Assembly: GCA_049519415.1 (NCBI GenBank)
Contig: JBEKQU010000001.1
Location: 9,384 to 73,383 of the forward strand
Source: Spirochaetia bacterium
GTDB lineage: Bacteria; Spirochaetota; Spirochaetia; SZUA-6; Fen-1364
DNA: 64,000 nt
Reading direction: 5' to 3'
The position numbers and the translations under genes were made by a program. Positions 53,416 to 62,602 of this stretch are shown here, piece by piece (position 1 is the first letter of the stretch; every line of letters begins with the position of its first letter). Below the pieces are notes generated by a model, which saw nothing but the letters and a program-made list of their open reading frames with translations, did not search any database and had not been told where the DNA came from.

Positions 53416-54765
53416 TTACTTGCTTGCCGCTTGGAAAATCTTCTGCAGATCCGCGGTCAGCGAGTCCATTTCCTTTCCGACGTTGAGGGTCCCATCGTTC
53501 TGGAGTTTCGTCCAGTATTCCGTGTACTTGTTGCTTGTTTCCTGGAAGCTCGGCATCCAGGATTCGTGGTTGGGATTGTCATTGTACGCCATGCTGTCCA
53601 CGAAAACCTGCCAGTCGATCGTTCTCCCGGGGAACTTCGCGTCATTGAACGTCTTGAAATAGGTGGGCTGCAGTGAAAGCCGGGCCGGCATGGCCCCGTA
53701 GGTGGTGCAGAGCTTCTGGGCCGCTTCTCCGATCAAGTAGGTGAGAGCCTTGAACCCGGCATCCTGCTTTTTGGAGGACTTGACCAGCTCGAAGGTGTCG
53801 GCGTGCATCTTGGCTGTCGTGCTGCCCTTGTAGCTCGGCACCGCGGCAACGTCCCAGTTGAATTTCAGGTCAGCGAACCCGAGGTACCAGATGTGGCAGT
53901 GGACCATGGCAATGTTGCCAGTTTGGAACCAGTTTCCCTGGAGCCAGGCAGCTGAATTGCCGTAGGCGTAGGTAGGGGCGAAATGGTCCTTCCACATGGC
54001 GTTGTAATACCACTGTATGCCTTGCCGCCAATTCTGCGGGATCTGCGCGTTGCCTTTCGCATCCACCAGGGAAGCCGCGCCAAACATGGTCGCCACCCCC
54101 CTGAAGTCGGTCATCTGATCGCCGTACCCGAACTGGACAATGTGATCGGGATCGAAATCCTTTACGGTCGCCGCTTTTCCGTTCTGGTCCACGGTAAGCT
54201 GCATCGCGATTGTCCGCAATGTGTCGGTGTTCCACGGCATCTTCTTGCCGGTTTTGTCCACATAGTCCTGGCCATACTTGTGGGGGGGATATGGCATCTT
54301 CGCCTCATCGAAGAGGTCCTTATTGTAGAACATCACCGAGGGGTAAATTGCAAAGGGCAAGCCGAGCTGTCCCTGCTTCTCCACTTGGAAAAACTTGACG
54401 ATTTTCGGGTCGAAATCCTTGAGGTCGTACTTGTTCTTTGTGATAAGCGGCGTCATGTCCGCCCAGGTCCCAAGGAAACTGTCCCTTCCCCTGATGCCGA
54501 CGGGACCGACGATATCGGGCGGGTTTCCCGCCTGGATTTCCGTGCTCAGGGTGTCATAGGCCTGGGCATTTGCAACGATCTCCAGGTTGAGCTGGATATC
54601 GTTTTGCGAGGCGTTGAACTGATCGACCACGTCTTTTTGCCCCTGGAAGGTCGGGGCATCGGATCCCCCTCCGAGCCCGACGTACCATCGCACCTGGATC
54701 TTGTCCGCCGAAGCCGCGGCGGCAACCAGGAGCAGACAGGCTGCGAAGCATATGAATTTTTTCAT
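53416..54765 (-). CDS. Extracellular solute-binding protein of a carbohydrate ABC transporter
   Basis: Start at MKKFICFAACLLLVAAAASA (signal peptide) followed by a solute-binding-protein fold; 449 aa. Confidence 0.75.
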   Translation of the reverse strand: MKKFICFAACLLLVAAAASADKIQVRWYVGLGGGSDAPTFQGQKDVVDQFNASQNDIQLNLEIVANAQAYDTLSTEIQAGNPPDIVGPVGIRGRDSFLGTWADMTPLITKNKYDLKDFDPKIVKFFQVEKQGQLGLPFAIYPSVMFYNKDLFDEAKMPYPPHKYGQDYVDKTGKKMPWNTDTLRTIAMQLTVDQNGKAATVKDFDPDHIVQFGYGDQMTDFRGVATMFGAASLVDAKGNAQIPQNWRQGIQWYYNAMWKDHFAPTYAYGNSAAWLQGNWFQTGNIAMVHCHIWYLGFADLKFNWDVAAVPSYKGSTTAKMHADTFELVKSSKKQDAGFKALTYLIGEAAQKLCTTYGAMPARLSLQPTYFKTFNDAKFPGRTIDWQVFVDSMAYNDNPNHESWMPSFQETSNKYTEYWTKLQNDGTLNVGKEMDSLTADLQKIFQAASK

Positions 54766-54962
54766 ACGCTCTCCTTTTTTGGAAAAAATTTTAACAGGCC
54801 AACGGCCTATTTTTCGAAAAAAAGGTCGAAATAGAGCGTTGCGGGTCAAGGATCATTTTGACAGGCTCGGCGCTCAGCGGCCGACCTTCCCCAGCTTCCC
54901 ACCGTTTTCCCGAAAAGCCACTGTTGCCCTTTCCGATCGAATGGAGTCTATCATGGTTCTAT

Positions 54963-54976
54963 TGTTTGCGCAAACA
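54963..54976. promoter_or_regulatory. Perfect 14-bp palindrome TGTTTGCGCAAACA, a LacI-family-type operator candidate upstream of the ABC sugar-uptake genes
   Basis: It fits the LacI-family operator pattern TGnnnnCGnnnnCA with a central CG. It sits about 200 nt upstream of the binding-protein gene start and 120 nt downstream of the GH3 stop. A related half-site (TTGCATGCGCAACAA) overlaps the start codon of URO-D paralog 3 at about 49001-49020. Confidence 0.4.
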
Positions 54977-55092
54977 TTTTTTTCCCAATACCTCTCACCG
55001 CCCGCCCGCGGCGAGCATTCCCGGCACGTCGCCAGCCCGACGCACCGTTGGATTGGCCAGGTGACTGGCTTGCCCCCTTCTGCCGCGCCTCT

Positions 55093-56910
55093 CTAATAAG
55101 CCAGGCCATAGCCGAAATCGAAGAGCCCCTTCTTTCCGTCGCCTGAATTGATGGGCACTTGGTCCATGGATGCGGGCCACGTGCAGGGGAGCTTGCCACT
55201 GAACGCCCTCTTTCCGAACAGGACGTCGGCGACCCCCTCGCCCTCGGTTCCGGGCAGCCAAGCGGCAACAAAGGCGTCCGCCTTTCCGAATTCCTCGGTG
55301 ACGATCATCGGCCGCCCGCTTATGAGTATGACGGTCACGGGCTTCCCGTATCGGGCCGCCCGGTCGAGGTTCCGCTCATCAACGCTGCCGAGCGAAAGAT
55401 CCTTGCGGTCCCCGTACATTTCCGCGTAGGGTTCCTCGCCCACGACCGCGATCACCGCGTCGGGCGCGAATCCCGCGGGCGCGCTCCCGTCCAAGGAGAG
55501 CTCGACCCGCACGCCGGGGCCGGCGGCATCTTTTATCCCCTTGAATATCGTCGTGCCCTCGGTGATCGCTCCCTTCCCGCCCTGCCAGGTGATGGTCCAT
55601 CCACCGCACTGCACGCCCATGTCGTCCGCCTTGTAGCCGACAACAAGTATGTTCTTCGTTGAAGGCCCGATCGGCAGGGCTCCGTTCCGGTTCTTGAGAA
55701 GAACGAGAGATTCGGCAACGGCTTTCCGCGCGACGGCGCGGTGCTCCGCCGAACCCACCGAGGGCAGGAGCCCGCGGTCCGCGAAGGGCCGCTCAAAGAG
55801 GCCCATTTCGAATTTGATCCTTAGTATCCTTCCTACGGCCTCGTCGACACGAGCGACGGAAATTTCCCCCTTTTCCGTCAAGTCCATCATGTCCGAAAAA
55901 AAGGCGCGATACGTATCGGGAATCATAACCATGTCGATCCCCGCGTTGATCCCTTGCCGAATTTGCTCCCTTGAAGAGCCCGGCAACTCCTTCAGCCCCC
56001 CCCAATCGGAGACGACGAATCCCGAGAAGCCGAGCTCTCCCCGCAGGATGCCGTTCAGGAGCTTTTCGTTCCCGTGGTTCTTGACGCCGTTCCAGGAACT
56101 GTACGACACCATGACGGATTCGGCGCCCGCGGCGATGGCATCGACATAGGGCGCGACGTGGAGGGAGCGGAAATCCTTGTCGTCATACTGGGCATTTCCC
56201 CGGTCGATGCCGAGGGAAGTGCCGCCGTCTCCCGCGAAGTGCTTGGCTGTCGCGAGCACCGCCATCGGCGAGCCCAGGCCGCCTTCCTGCAGACCCTTGA
56301 TTTCCGCCGCCCCGAGCGGTCCCGAGAGGAGGGGCGTCTCGCCGAAGCCCTCGTACGTTCGGCCCCAGCGCTCGTCACGGGGAACGGTAATGCACGGGGC
56401 GAAATCCCAGCGCGCGCCGGTTGCAAGCATCTCCAGCGCCGTGATCCTGCCCTCCTGGGTGGAAAGCTCGACGTCGTTCGCCGCACCCATGCCGATGTTG
56501 TGCGGGAAAACGACGGCGCCGCGCACGTTGTTGTGGCCGTGCACCGCGTCGATGCCGTAGATCATGGGTATGCCGAGCCGCGACTCCAGCGCTTTCTTCT
56601 GATAGCCGTCGATCATGTCAGCCCACGCCTCCGGCGTGTTCACCGCGGGAGTCGAGCCGCCCCCGGAGAGGATGGAGCCAAAGCCGTACGAGGAGATGTC
56701 GCGCTGATCGTAGATATAGTCTCTCGCTACCTGCATCATCTGTCCAATTTTCTCCCGGACCGTCATGCGGGAAAGCAGGTCGCTGACCCGTTCCTGGACG
56801 GGAAGCGAGGGGTCCCTGTACGGCGCCTTGGCTTCGGCAATGCCGGGCTGGCTTCTACAGGAAATCAGAAAGAAAGAAGAAAGGGCAAGGAAAATGATAA
56901 AAGGTTTCAT
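55093..56910 (-). CDS. Glycoside hydrolase family 3 (periplasmic beta-glucosidase / beta-hexosaminidase, BglX-like), secreted
   Basis: Signal peptide MKPFIIFLALSSFFLISC. GH3 N-domain blocks (GIDAVHGHNN; the catalytic-Asp region FVVSDWGGL) and a C-terminal alpha/beta sandwich domain; 605 aa. Confidence 0.8.
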   Translation of the reverse strand: MKPFIIFLALSSFFLISCRSQPGIAEAKAPYRDPSLPVQERVSDLLSRMTVREKIGQMMQVARDYIYDQRDISSYGFGSILSGGGSTPAVNTPEAWADMIDGYQKKALESRLGIPMIYGIDAVHGHNNVRGAVVFPHNIGMGAANDVELSTQEGRITALEMLATGARWDFAPCITVPRDERWGRTYEGFGETPLLSGPLGAAEIKGLQEGGLGSPMAVLATAKHFAGDGGTSLGIDRGNAQYDDKDFRSLHVAPYVDAIAAGAESVMVSYSSWNGVKNHGNEKLLNGILRGELGFSGFVVSDWGGLKELPGSSREQIRQGINAGIDMVMIPDTYRAFFSDMMDLTEKGEISVARVDEAVGRILRIKFEMGLFERPFADRGLLPSVGSAEHRAVARKAVAESLVLLKNRNGALPIGPSTKNILVVGYKADDMGVQCGGWTITWQGGKGAITEGTTIFKGIKDAAGPGVRVELSLDGSAPAGFAPDAVIAVVGEEPYAEMYGDRKDLSLGSVDERNLDRAARYGKPVTVILISGRPMIVTEEFGKADAFVAAWLPGTEGEGVADVLFGKRAFSGKLPCTWPASMDQVPINSGDGKKGLFDFGYGLAY

Positions 56911-56950
56911 GTCGTGCGCTCACCGCGGGAGCCGTCAAGGGCGAGAGGGA

Positions 56951-57790
56951 TCATTCGCTGAACTCAGCCATGGTCGTTTGAAACGCCCGTTCGTTCAGCT
57001 CCTTCAAGGACAGGTCAACCAGTTCTTTGGAAAAAACCTCAACCGCCCATGGACCAGTGTACCCCATGGCGTGCACGCAATGAATGAACCCTTTGACGTC
57101 GAAGTCGCCCTCTCCGCAGAATCGCCTTTCTCTGGACGGATCATACAGAGGGCTTGCGGGCAAGGCGCCATCGTTCAGCTCAAGGTTGACAATATATTTC
57201 AAGGGAATGCGGCTTATTTGGTCAAATGTGATTCCAAGATTCATCACCTGCACGATATCCACTATGAGGCCGCCGTTTCTGCATCCCGCTGTTTCCACCA
57301 GGGTGAGTGCATCCTTGAGATTGTCTATCATCGCGGAACCCATGAACTCAAAACCAATCGTGGCGCCGCAATTCTCCGCTTCACGGCATAACGCGGCGAA
57401 CGCCTCGACGATCCGGGGCAGGGGACATGCGGAATTGTAAAAATCCCCGATCTTGACATGTTTTGCATGGAGCGCTTCCGACGCTTTCAGCAGTCTATTC
57501 TTGCGGCTGTCCGATTCTTTCTTCCTTGCGCCCTCAAGAAACCAGTCCGTGAGAAACTCTAGCTCAAGATAGGTGATGCCATTGTCGTCAAGGATCTTTT
57601 TCATTTCTTTGAGGGTCAGGTGGTACATGATATGTTCCAGATCGGCGTGCCAGATCCCTATGCCCTTGAAGCCGGCCCTGGCCGCGGCTCTTACCCTGTC
57701 CTTGAAATCATAGCGGCTTATATCACCGACGCCGGGAAACACGCCTGCGGTTGTCCAAAACAAATTCATCAACTCTACATTGCTTTTCAC
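56951..57790 (-). CDS. Sugar-phosphate isomerase/epimerase (xylose-isomerase-like TIM barrel)
   Basis: AP-endonuclease-2 / TIM-barrel family blocks (GFKGIGIW, HVKIGDF, EVFSKE); 279 aa. Confidence 0.7.
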   Translation of the reverse strand: MKSNVELMNLFWTTAGVFPGVGDISRYDFKDRVRAAARAGFKGIGIWHADLEHIMYHLTLKEMKKILDDNGITYLELEFLTDWFLEGARKKESDSRKNRLLKASEALHAKHVKIGDFYNSACPLPRIVEAFAALCREAENCGATIGFEFMGSAMIDNLKDALTLVETAGCRNGGLIVDIVQVMNLGITFDQISRIPLKYIVNLELNDGALPASPLYDPSRERRFCGEGDFDVKGFIHCVHAMGYTGPWAVEVFSKELVDLSLKELNERAFQTTMAEFSE

Positions 57791-58007
57791 GCGACCATCC
57801 CTTCAAAGCCATTGGCGCCCCTGTGTGAAGGGGGCCTTGTTGCGATGTGAAGATACTGACGATGCGCATCATAAAAGACGCTCATTTCCGCGTCAAGCGG
57901 AGTGTCGCGCGCAATTGCACCGATGCGCCCATTTTATGGTTCGTTCGGCTTGTACGGTTGCTCTTCCCTCTGCGCGTGATTATCATTGAAGGGAAGGGAA
58001 TGGGGAG

Positions 58008-58931
58008 ATGTTGAGCATCAGGGCGCGTACTTTCCGGGCCTTCATCAGAAGAGGAACGAAATCCGTGCGCCAGCTTTCAATAGAGCAAAGGCGCGAACGG
58101 ATCGATCGGCTTTCCGTAATGTCCAGGACGCCGCGGGGAACGGTGGTTCTTCCGTTTGAGGCGCAGGGACTGCGGGGTGAATGGGTGCGATTGCCGCAGT
58201 CCCGCGAAGACCGGGTGGTCCTCTACCTCCATGGCGGCGCTTTCTGCATGGGGTCTTCCCGCAGCCATCGGAACCTGGTTGCCCACATCTGCGTCCAAGG
58301 TCGGGCTCGCGCACTCTCGCTGGACTACGCCCTTGCCCCCGAGCACCCGTTTCCCGCGGCGCTCGATGACACGCTTGCCGCGTACCGTTTTCTGCTGGCC
58401 GGAGGCCTGGCGCCTTACCGCATCGCTTTTGCGGGAGACTCAGCGGGGGGAAACATCGTGCTGGCCGCGCTCCTCATGCTGCGCGACTCCGCCGAGCCGC
58501 TTCCCGCGGCTGCCATATGCCTCTCCCCGCCAACGGACTTCACCGGCGCGAGCGAATCCATGGTGAGCCGGGCGCATCTGGATCCGATGGTGAAGCTGGA
58601 GTCGGTGATTCCGCTCTGCCGCGCGTATGCGGGCAACTTGCCCGCGGATGACCCGCGCCTCTCCCCGCTCCTTGCCAACCTTGCCGGGCTCCCTCCCCTT
58701 CTCATCCAGGTGGGCAGCCATGAGATCCTCCACGACGATTCCGCGCGCTTCGCGCGGAAGGCCAGAGAGGCGGGGGTCGACGTCACGCTGGAAGTCGGGG
58801 ACCAGCTATGGCACGTGTGGCAAGCGGCCGCGCCTTTCGTCCCTGAGTCTGAAAAAGCCATCAAGAGCATCGGCCGATTCCTCCGGGAGCGCATTCCGGA
58901 TGAATCCCCTGCGCAACCGGGCGACCACTGA
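58008..58931 (+). CDS. Alpha/beta-hydrolase fold-3 esterase/lipase (HSL family)
   Basis: Oxyanion-hole HGGAF motif, nucleophile elbow GDSAGG, and a C-terminal His block; 307 aa. Confidence 0.75.
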   Translation: MLSIRARTFRAFIRRGTKSVRQLSIEQRRERIDRLSVMSRTPRGTVVLPFEAQGLRGEWVRLPQSREDRVVLYLHGGAFCMGSSRSHRNLVAHICVQGRARALSLDYALAPEHPFPAALDDTLAAYRFLLAGGLAPYRIAFAGDSAGGNIVLAALLMLRDSAEPLPAAAICLSPPTDFTGASESMVSRAHLDPMVKLESVIPLCRAYAGNLPADDPRLSPLLANLAGLPPLLIQVGSHEILHDDSARFARKAREAGVDVTLEVGDQLWHVWQAAAPFVPESEKAIKSIGRFLRERIPDESPAQPGDH

Positions 58932-59002
58932 GGAGTGAAGGTCCGCTGTCCTTGGCATAGGGAATTGCCTCGTCTCTTCAGTCCCGCTACACTGCATCTG
59001 CC

Positions 59003-60418
59003 ATGCGCGCCACAAAACCGCCAACCGCAGCGCTTCCTCACTGGAGACTGACCCGGCTGCGTCGGCGCGTATTCTGGCTCTTTGTGGCCGCCTATGCCGC
59101 GTTCATGCCGGTGCTGATCCTCTTTGCCTTTGGCATCAGCTATTCCAAGGGCAAGGCGCCCGTGCCGACCAGTTCTTTTACCGTGTCCACGATCCCTTCC
59201 GGGGCACGCGTGACTCTTCAAGGACAACGCGCGCAAATGAGCCCCGCCCTGTTCGATTCTCTCAAGGCTGGCCGCTACGCCTTCAGCATTTCCGCGGAGG
59301 GAGCGCGCACATGGACCGGCATGGTTGAATCCCGGCCCGAGCTTGTCTCCACCATCGCAGACCTGAAAATGATCTCCCAGCTCCCCCCGCATAAAATCCT
59401 TTCCTTTACCGCTCGCGGCGTTCCGCTTTGGGTTGAGGAGGATGCCGAAGCGGCATGGCTTCCGCGGGGAGAGAGCAGTCTCGCCACGACGCGCCTTGCG
59501 GGGACGTCCGAAGTCAACGACCGGGTATCGCTGCCCGGACTTTCCGGCGTTTTTGACCCGACGCTGCAATGGCTGCAGCTCACGGGCCAGCTTCTCTTAT
59601 CGTGGCGGGAACAGGACAGCGGGTATGTCAGGCTGATGCAGAACGGCCGCAACTCTCCCCTCCTGCGCAATCCCGGCCCTGCCTTGCGGGTCCCTTCCAG
59701 CGCACTAGAGCTGGTTTCCTTGTCCGAGGATGAAAAAACCCTGACTGCCATCGATATGGCGGGGGTCGGCCGGTATAACCAGGCAGGACAGCGGACTTCA
59801 TTGGTAAAGCTTTCCGCCCCGCTCTTTGCCTATGGCTACGCACGGGGGCGATGGTACCTCCTGGATCGCGACGGAACGCTCTCTCAGTACGGCAATCCCC
59901 TCGGTTTTGGAGAGATTCATCATGTCGACCTGAGACGATACGAGCAGTCCGGTTCTTCACCGGTCATGCGCATCCTGGCCGTGACGAGTGAGGCCATCGT
60001 CTGTCATCTTGCATCGGAGTCAACCGTACATGTGCTCACCGCAGAGAGGAGCATCATCTACGAGGGATACGAGGGCGGATCCGCCCAAAAGTCCGGTGAG
60101 GGGGCATGGGTGTGGTCAGGGAATGGCCTTTCCTCAACCCGAAGACTGGAGCAGCCTGTGGAAGAAGCGCAATTCCCCGACAGGGTCAGCGGGGTGAGCG
60201 AGGAGTTTTGGCCTCGGATCACCGCCGTTCGGACTGCGTCGTCATTATATCTGATTCCCAAGCCGCTCTCTTCGGGGGGTGTCCATTTTGCCCCCCTGCT
60301 TCTGTTCCAAGACAGCCAGCAGGTCCAACTGCTCGGATGCGCGAATGGCATGCTCCTCCTCCGGGATGACGGCGCCATCGACGGCCCGGCCTACGATATC
60401 ATGGGATGGCAGCAGTGA
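59003..60418 (+). CDS. Membrane-anchored hypothetical protein with a PEGA-like beta-sandwich segment. Companion of the downstream processive glycosyltransferase.
   Basis: An N-terminal TM helix (VFWLFVAAYAAFMPVLILFAF) is followed by a FTVSTIPSGARVTLQG..AGRYAFSISAEGARTWTG PEGA-like motif and a ~350-aa extracytoplasmic region. Its stop overlaps the GT2 gene by 13 nt. Confidence 0.45.
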   Translation: MRATKPPTAALPHWRLTRLRRRVFWLFVAAYAAFMPVLILFAFGISYSKGKAPVPTSSFTVSTIPSGARVTLQGQRAQMSPALFDSLKAGRYAFSISAEGARTWTGMVESRPELVSTIADLKMISQLPPHKILSFTARGVPLWVEEDAEAAWLPRGESSLATTRLAGTSEVNDRVSLPGLSGVFDPTLQWLQLTGQLLLSWREQDSGYVRLMQNGRNSPLLRNPGPALRVPSSALELVSLSEDEKTLTAIDMAGVGRYNQAGQRTSLVKLSAPLFAYGYARGRWYLLDRDGTLSQYGNPLGFGEIHHVDLRRYEQSGSSPVMRILAVTSEAIVCHLASESTVHVLTAERSIIYEGYEGGSAQKSGEGAWVWSGNGLSSTRRLEQPVEEAQFPDRVSGVSEEFWPRITAVRTASSLYLIPKPLSSGGVHFAPLLLFQDSQQVQLLGCANGMLLLRDDGAIDGPAYDIMGWQQ

Positions 60419-62070
60419 ACTTCCAGTACACCCCCTTTCCTGAAGACCCCGCTGAGATGGTCTGGCACCGACTCCTCTGTGTCGCGCCCGCGGCCGTTTC
60501 CTGGCTCGTGCTGCTGCTCTTGGTCGTGAGCTCCATCGCTGTTCCCGCCCTGGGGGCAGCCATGATAATCGCATTTCTCGTCTTTTATATCTTTCGCGTG
60601 GCGCACAACGCCCTCTTTCTCGTGATCTCATTTCTCCGGGTATTCGCGGAGGAAAGGTCCGATTGGCTGAAAAGGCTCGAAGAGCTCTCCGGTGTGTCGT
60701 TGGGCGCGGAGCAAGGACTGGTCTCCTCAATTCGGACAACGCGCTACGGCGAACGTCTGCATGCTGAAGTGCTGGCAAGCTGTCGTTCCCGGAGCGAACC
60801 CGTACCCGATCCACGGCAGCTTACTCATCTGGTCATCATCCCCGTGGCAAACGAACGCCGCGCGGTTTTCGAGCCGGGCATCCGCGCTCTGAGCAAAGGC
60901 ATTCTGGATCCAAAAAGGTCCCTTGTAGTCGTCCTCAGCGTGGAAGCACGGTCCTCCGCGGAAGTGCGCGCGGAGGTGGAGGACGTGCGCGCCGCTTACG
61001 CGCGGTATTTCCGGGATTTTATCGTGGCGGTCCACCCCTCGGACCTTGCCGGGGAAGTGCCCGGCAAGGGCTCAAACGTCGGATACACGGCGCGCGCAAT
61101 GGCCGACTACTTCCGACAGCGCTCGGTTTCCTTCGACATGGTCCTCCTCACCTGCGTTGATGCGGACGCTCTCCTCAATCCCTCCTATTTCGCGTGTCTC
61201 AGCTACTACTTTCTTGCAGAGCCGGACCGGCATCGCTCGTGCTTTCAGCCCCTGCCGGTTTTCAGCAACAACATCTGGAAAACCAACGCGCTTGTCCGGG
61301 TGCTGGAAATGAGCCAGACCATCTTTCAGCTCGTCGATTCGGCGAACGTCGATATGCTGGTGACATTCTCCTGCTACAGTTACAGCTTTCAGGCCCTCTA
61401 TGAGTCCGGATTCTGGCCCGCGGATGTCATTGGCGAAGATGCCGGGGTCTTCTGGAAAACCTTCATGCACTTCAAAGGCGCTTTCAAGGCAATCCCCTTG
61501 CCCGTGACTGTCACCATGGACGCCCCGGAAGGACGCACGTTCTGGAAGACCCTTCGCACCGCGTATCGCCAGAAGGTTCGCTGGGCGTATGGCGTGGAAA
61601 ATATGGCGATTGTATTCCGAGGCCTGCTGCGCCATCGGGTCGTGCGCGGAAGGCGGGCCTGGCAGGCCGCCCTGAAATTCATCGACATCAACCTTTCGCA
61701 GGCCACCTGGCCGTTCATCCTGTCGATCCTGGTCTGGCTGCCGCAGGCAACCCGGCTGCTCTCCGGCATGGATCCTCTGCCTGTATTCAACCTCGGGCGG
61801 ATATCGTCGCTGATTTTTCAACTCTCCGGTGTTTTCCTGGCCTTGATGGTGCTGATCACGGCATTCTTCGCGTTCCGGGGCGCTCACGGCGTGCCGCTCT
61901 GGAAAAAGATCCTCTATCCGCTGGAGTGGCTCCTCGTGTTCCCGATCTCCTCGATTCTCCTGGGAGGCGCGCCGGCCATTCACGCGCAGTTCATGCTTGC
62001 ATTCAACAAACCGCTGGTATATGTGCCGATGGAAAAACTGCGCGCGGGCCGCACCGATACGCCGCCGTAG
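60406..62070 (+). CDS. Processive family-2 glycosyltransferase (membrane-embedded polysaccharide synthase; cellulose/hyaluronan/PNAG-synthase-like)
   Basis: N-terminal TM helices, a DxD motif (LLTCVDADALL), Q-x-x-R-W (YRQKVRWAYG), and C-terminal TM helices; 554 aa. Confidence 0.65.
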   Translation: MAAVNFQYTPFPEDPAEMVWHRLLCVAPAAVSWLVLLLLVVSSIAVPALGAAMIIAFLVFYIFRVAHNALFLVISFLRVFAEERSDWLKRLEELSGVSLGAEQGLVSSIRTTRYGERLHAEVLASCRSRSEPVPDPRQLTHLVIIPVANERRAVFEPGIRALSKGILDPKRSLVVVLSVEARSSAEVRAEVEDVRAAYARYFRDFIVAVHPSDLAGEVPGKGSNVGYTARAMADYFRQRSVSFDMVLLTCVDADALLNPSYFACLSYYFLAEPDRHRSCFQPLPVFSNNIWKTNALVRVLEMSQTIFQLVDSANVDMLVTFSCYSYSFQALYESGFWPADVIGEDAGVFWKTFMHFKGAFKAIPLPVTVTMDAPEGRTFWKTLRTAYRQKVRWAYGVENMAIVFRGLLRHRVVRGRRAWQAALKFIDINLSQATWPFILSILVWLPQATRLLSGMDPLPVFNLGRISSLIFQLSGVFLALMVLITAFFAFRGAHGVPLWKKILYPLEWLLVFPISSILLGGAPAIHAQFMLAFNKPLVYVPMEKLRAGRTDTPP

Positions 62071-62134
62071 CGCTCATCAGGGACCAGCATCGCCTCAGCC
62101 CCGGCATGGCGCTGAGCGCTGCCTCCCAATGCCC

Positions 62135-62602
62135 TTACAATTCCCACTCCGACGGGGAGACTACGATTGCGTGGCGCGTCCAGAATTTCAGGGCCATCGG
62201 CAGCTCCGACAATGGCAATTCGGGGTCATGGATCTCGCGGGGCGCGGCCCGGCCCGGATACAGGGTGTGCAGAACAAAGGTCCCTTCATCCTGCCAGAAT
62301 CCCCAGACGCAGAGCCTCCTCGTGCCGCGTTTCCTGCCCGCGATGAGATGTGAGGGCAGGGTCCTTCCCCGGCGCCGGGCCCAGAAGTCGCCATGGGTCC
62401 AGGGCCAAATAGTCTTCAGGCCGGTCAGGCCGACATTCTGAGGCGCCTTGAAATCGAAGTGCTCCCAGCCGGTTCTGCGGGGCATTTCTTCCAGACGGGC
62501 GCGGACCCATTGGAGCGCCAGATCAAGGGGAACGCTGAAGTGGTCAATGTGTGCCTTCACGTGCTCTTCGTCGCGAAACGAAATGCGGATCGCTGCTTTC
62601 AT
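62135..62602 (-). CDS. Hypothetical cytoplasmic protein, co-transcribed with sugar ABC permease genes
   Basis: Start chosen at MKAAIRISF, giving an ATGA overlap with the upstream permease stop. The frame is GC3-rich and 155 aa. No family was recognised. Confidence 0.4.
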   Translation of the reverse strand: MKAAIRISFRDEEHVKAHIDHFSVPLDLALQWVRARLEEMPRRTGWEHFDFKAPQNVGLTGLKTIWPWTHGDFWARRRGRTLPSHLIAGRKRGTRRLCVWGFWQDEGTFVLHTLYPGRAAPREIHDPELPLSELPMALKFWTRHAIVVSPSEWEL

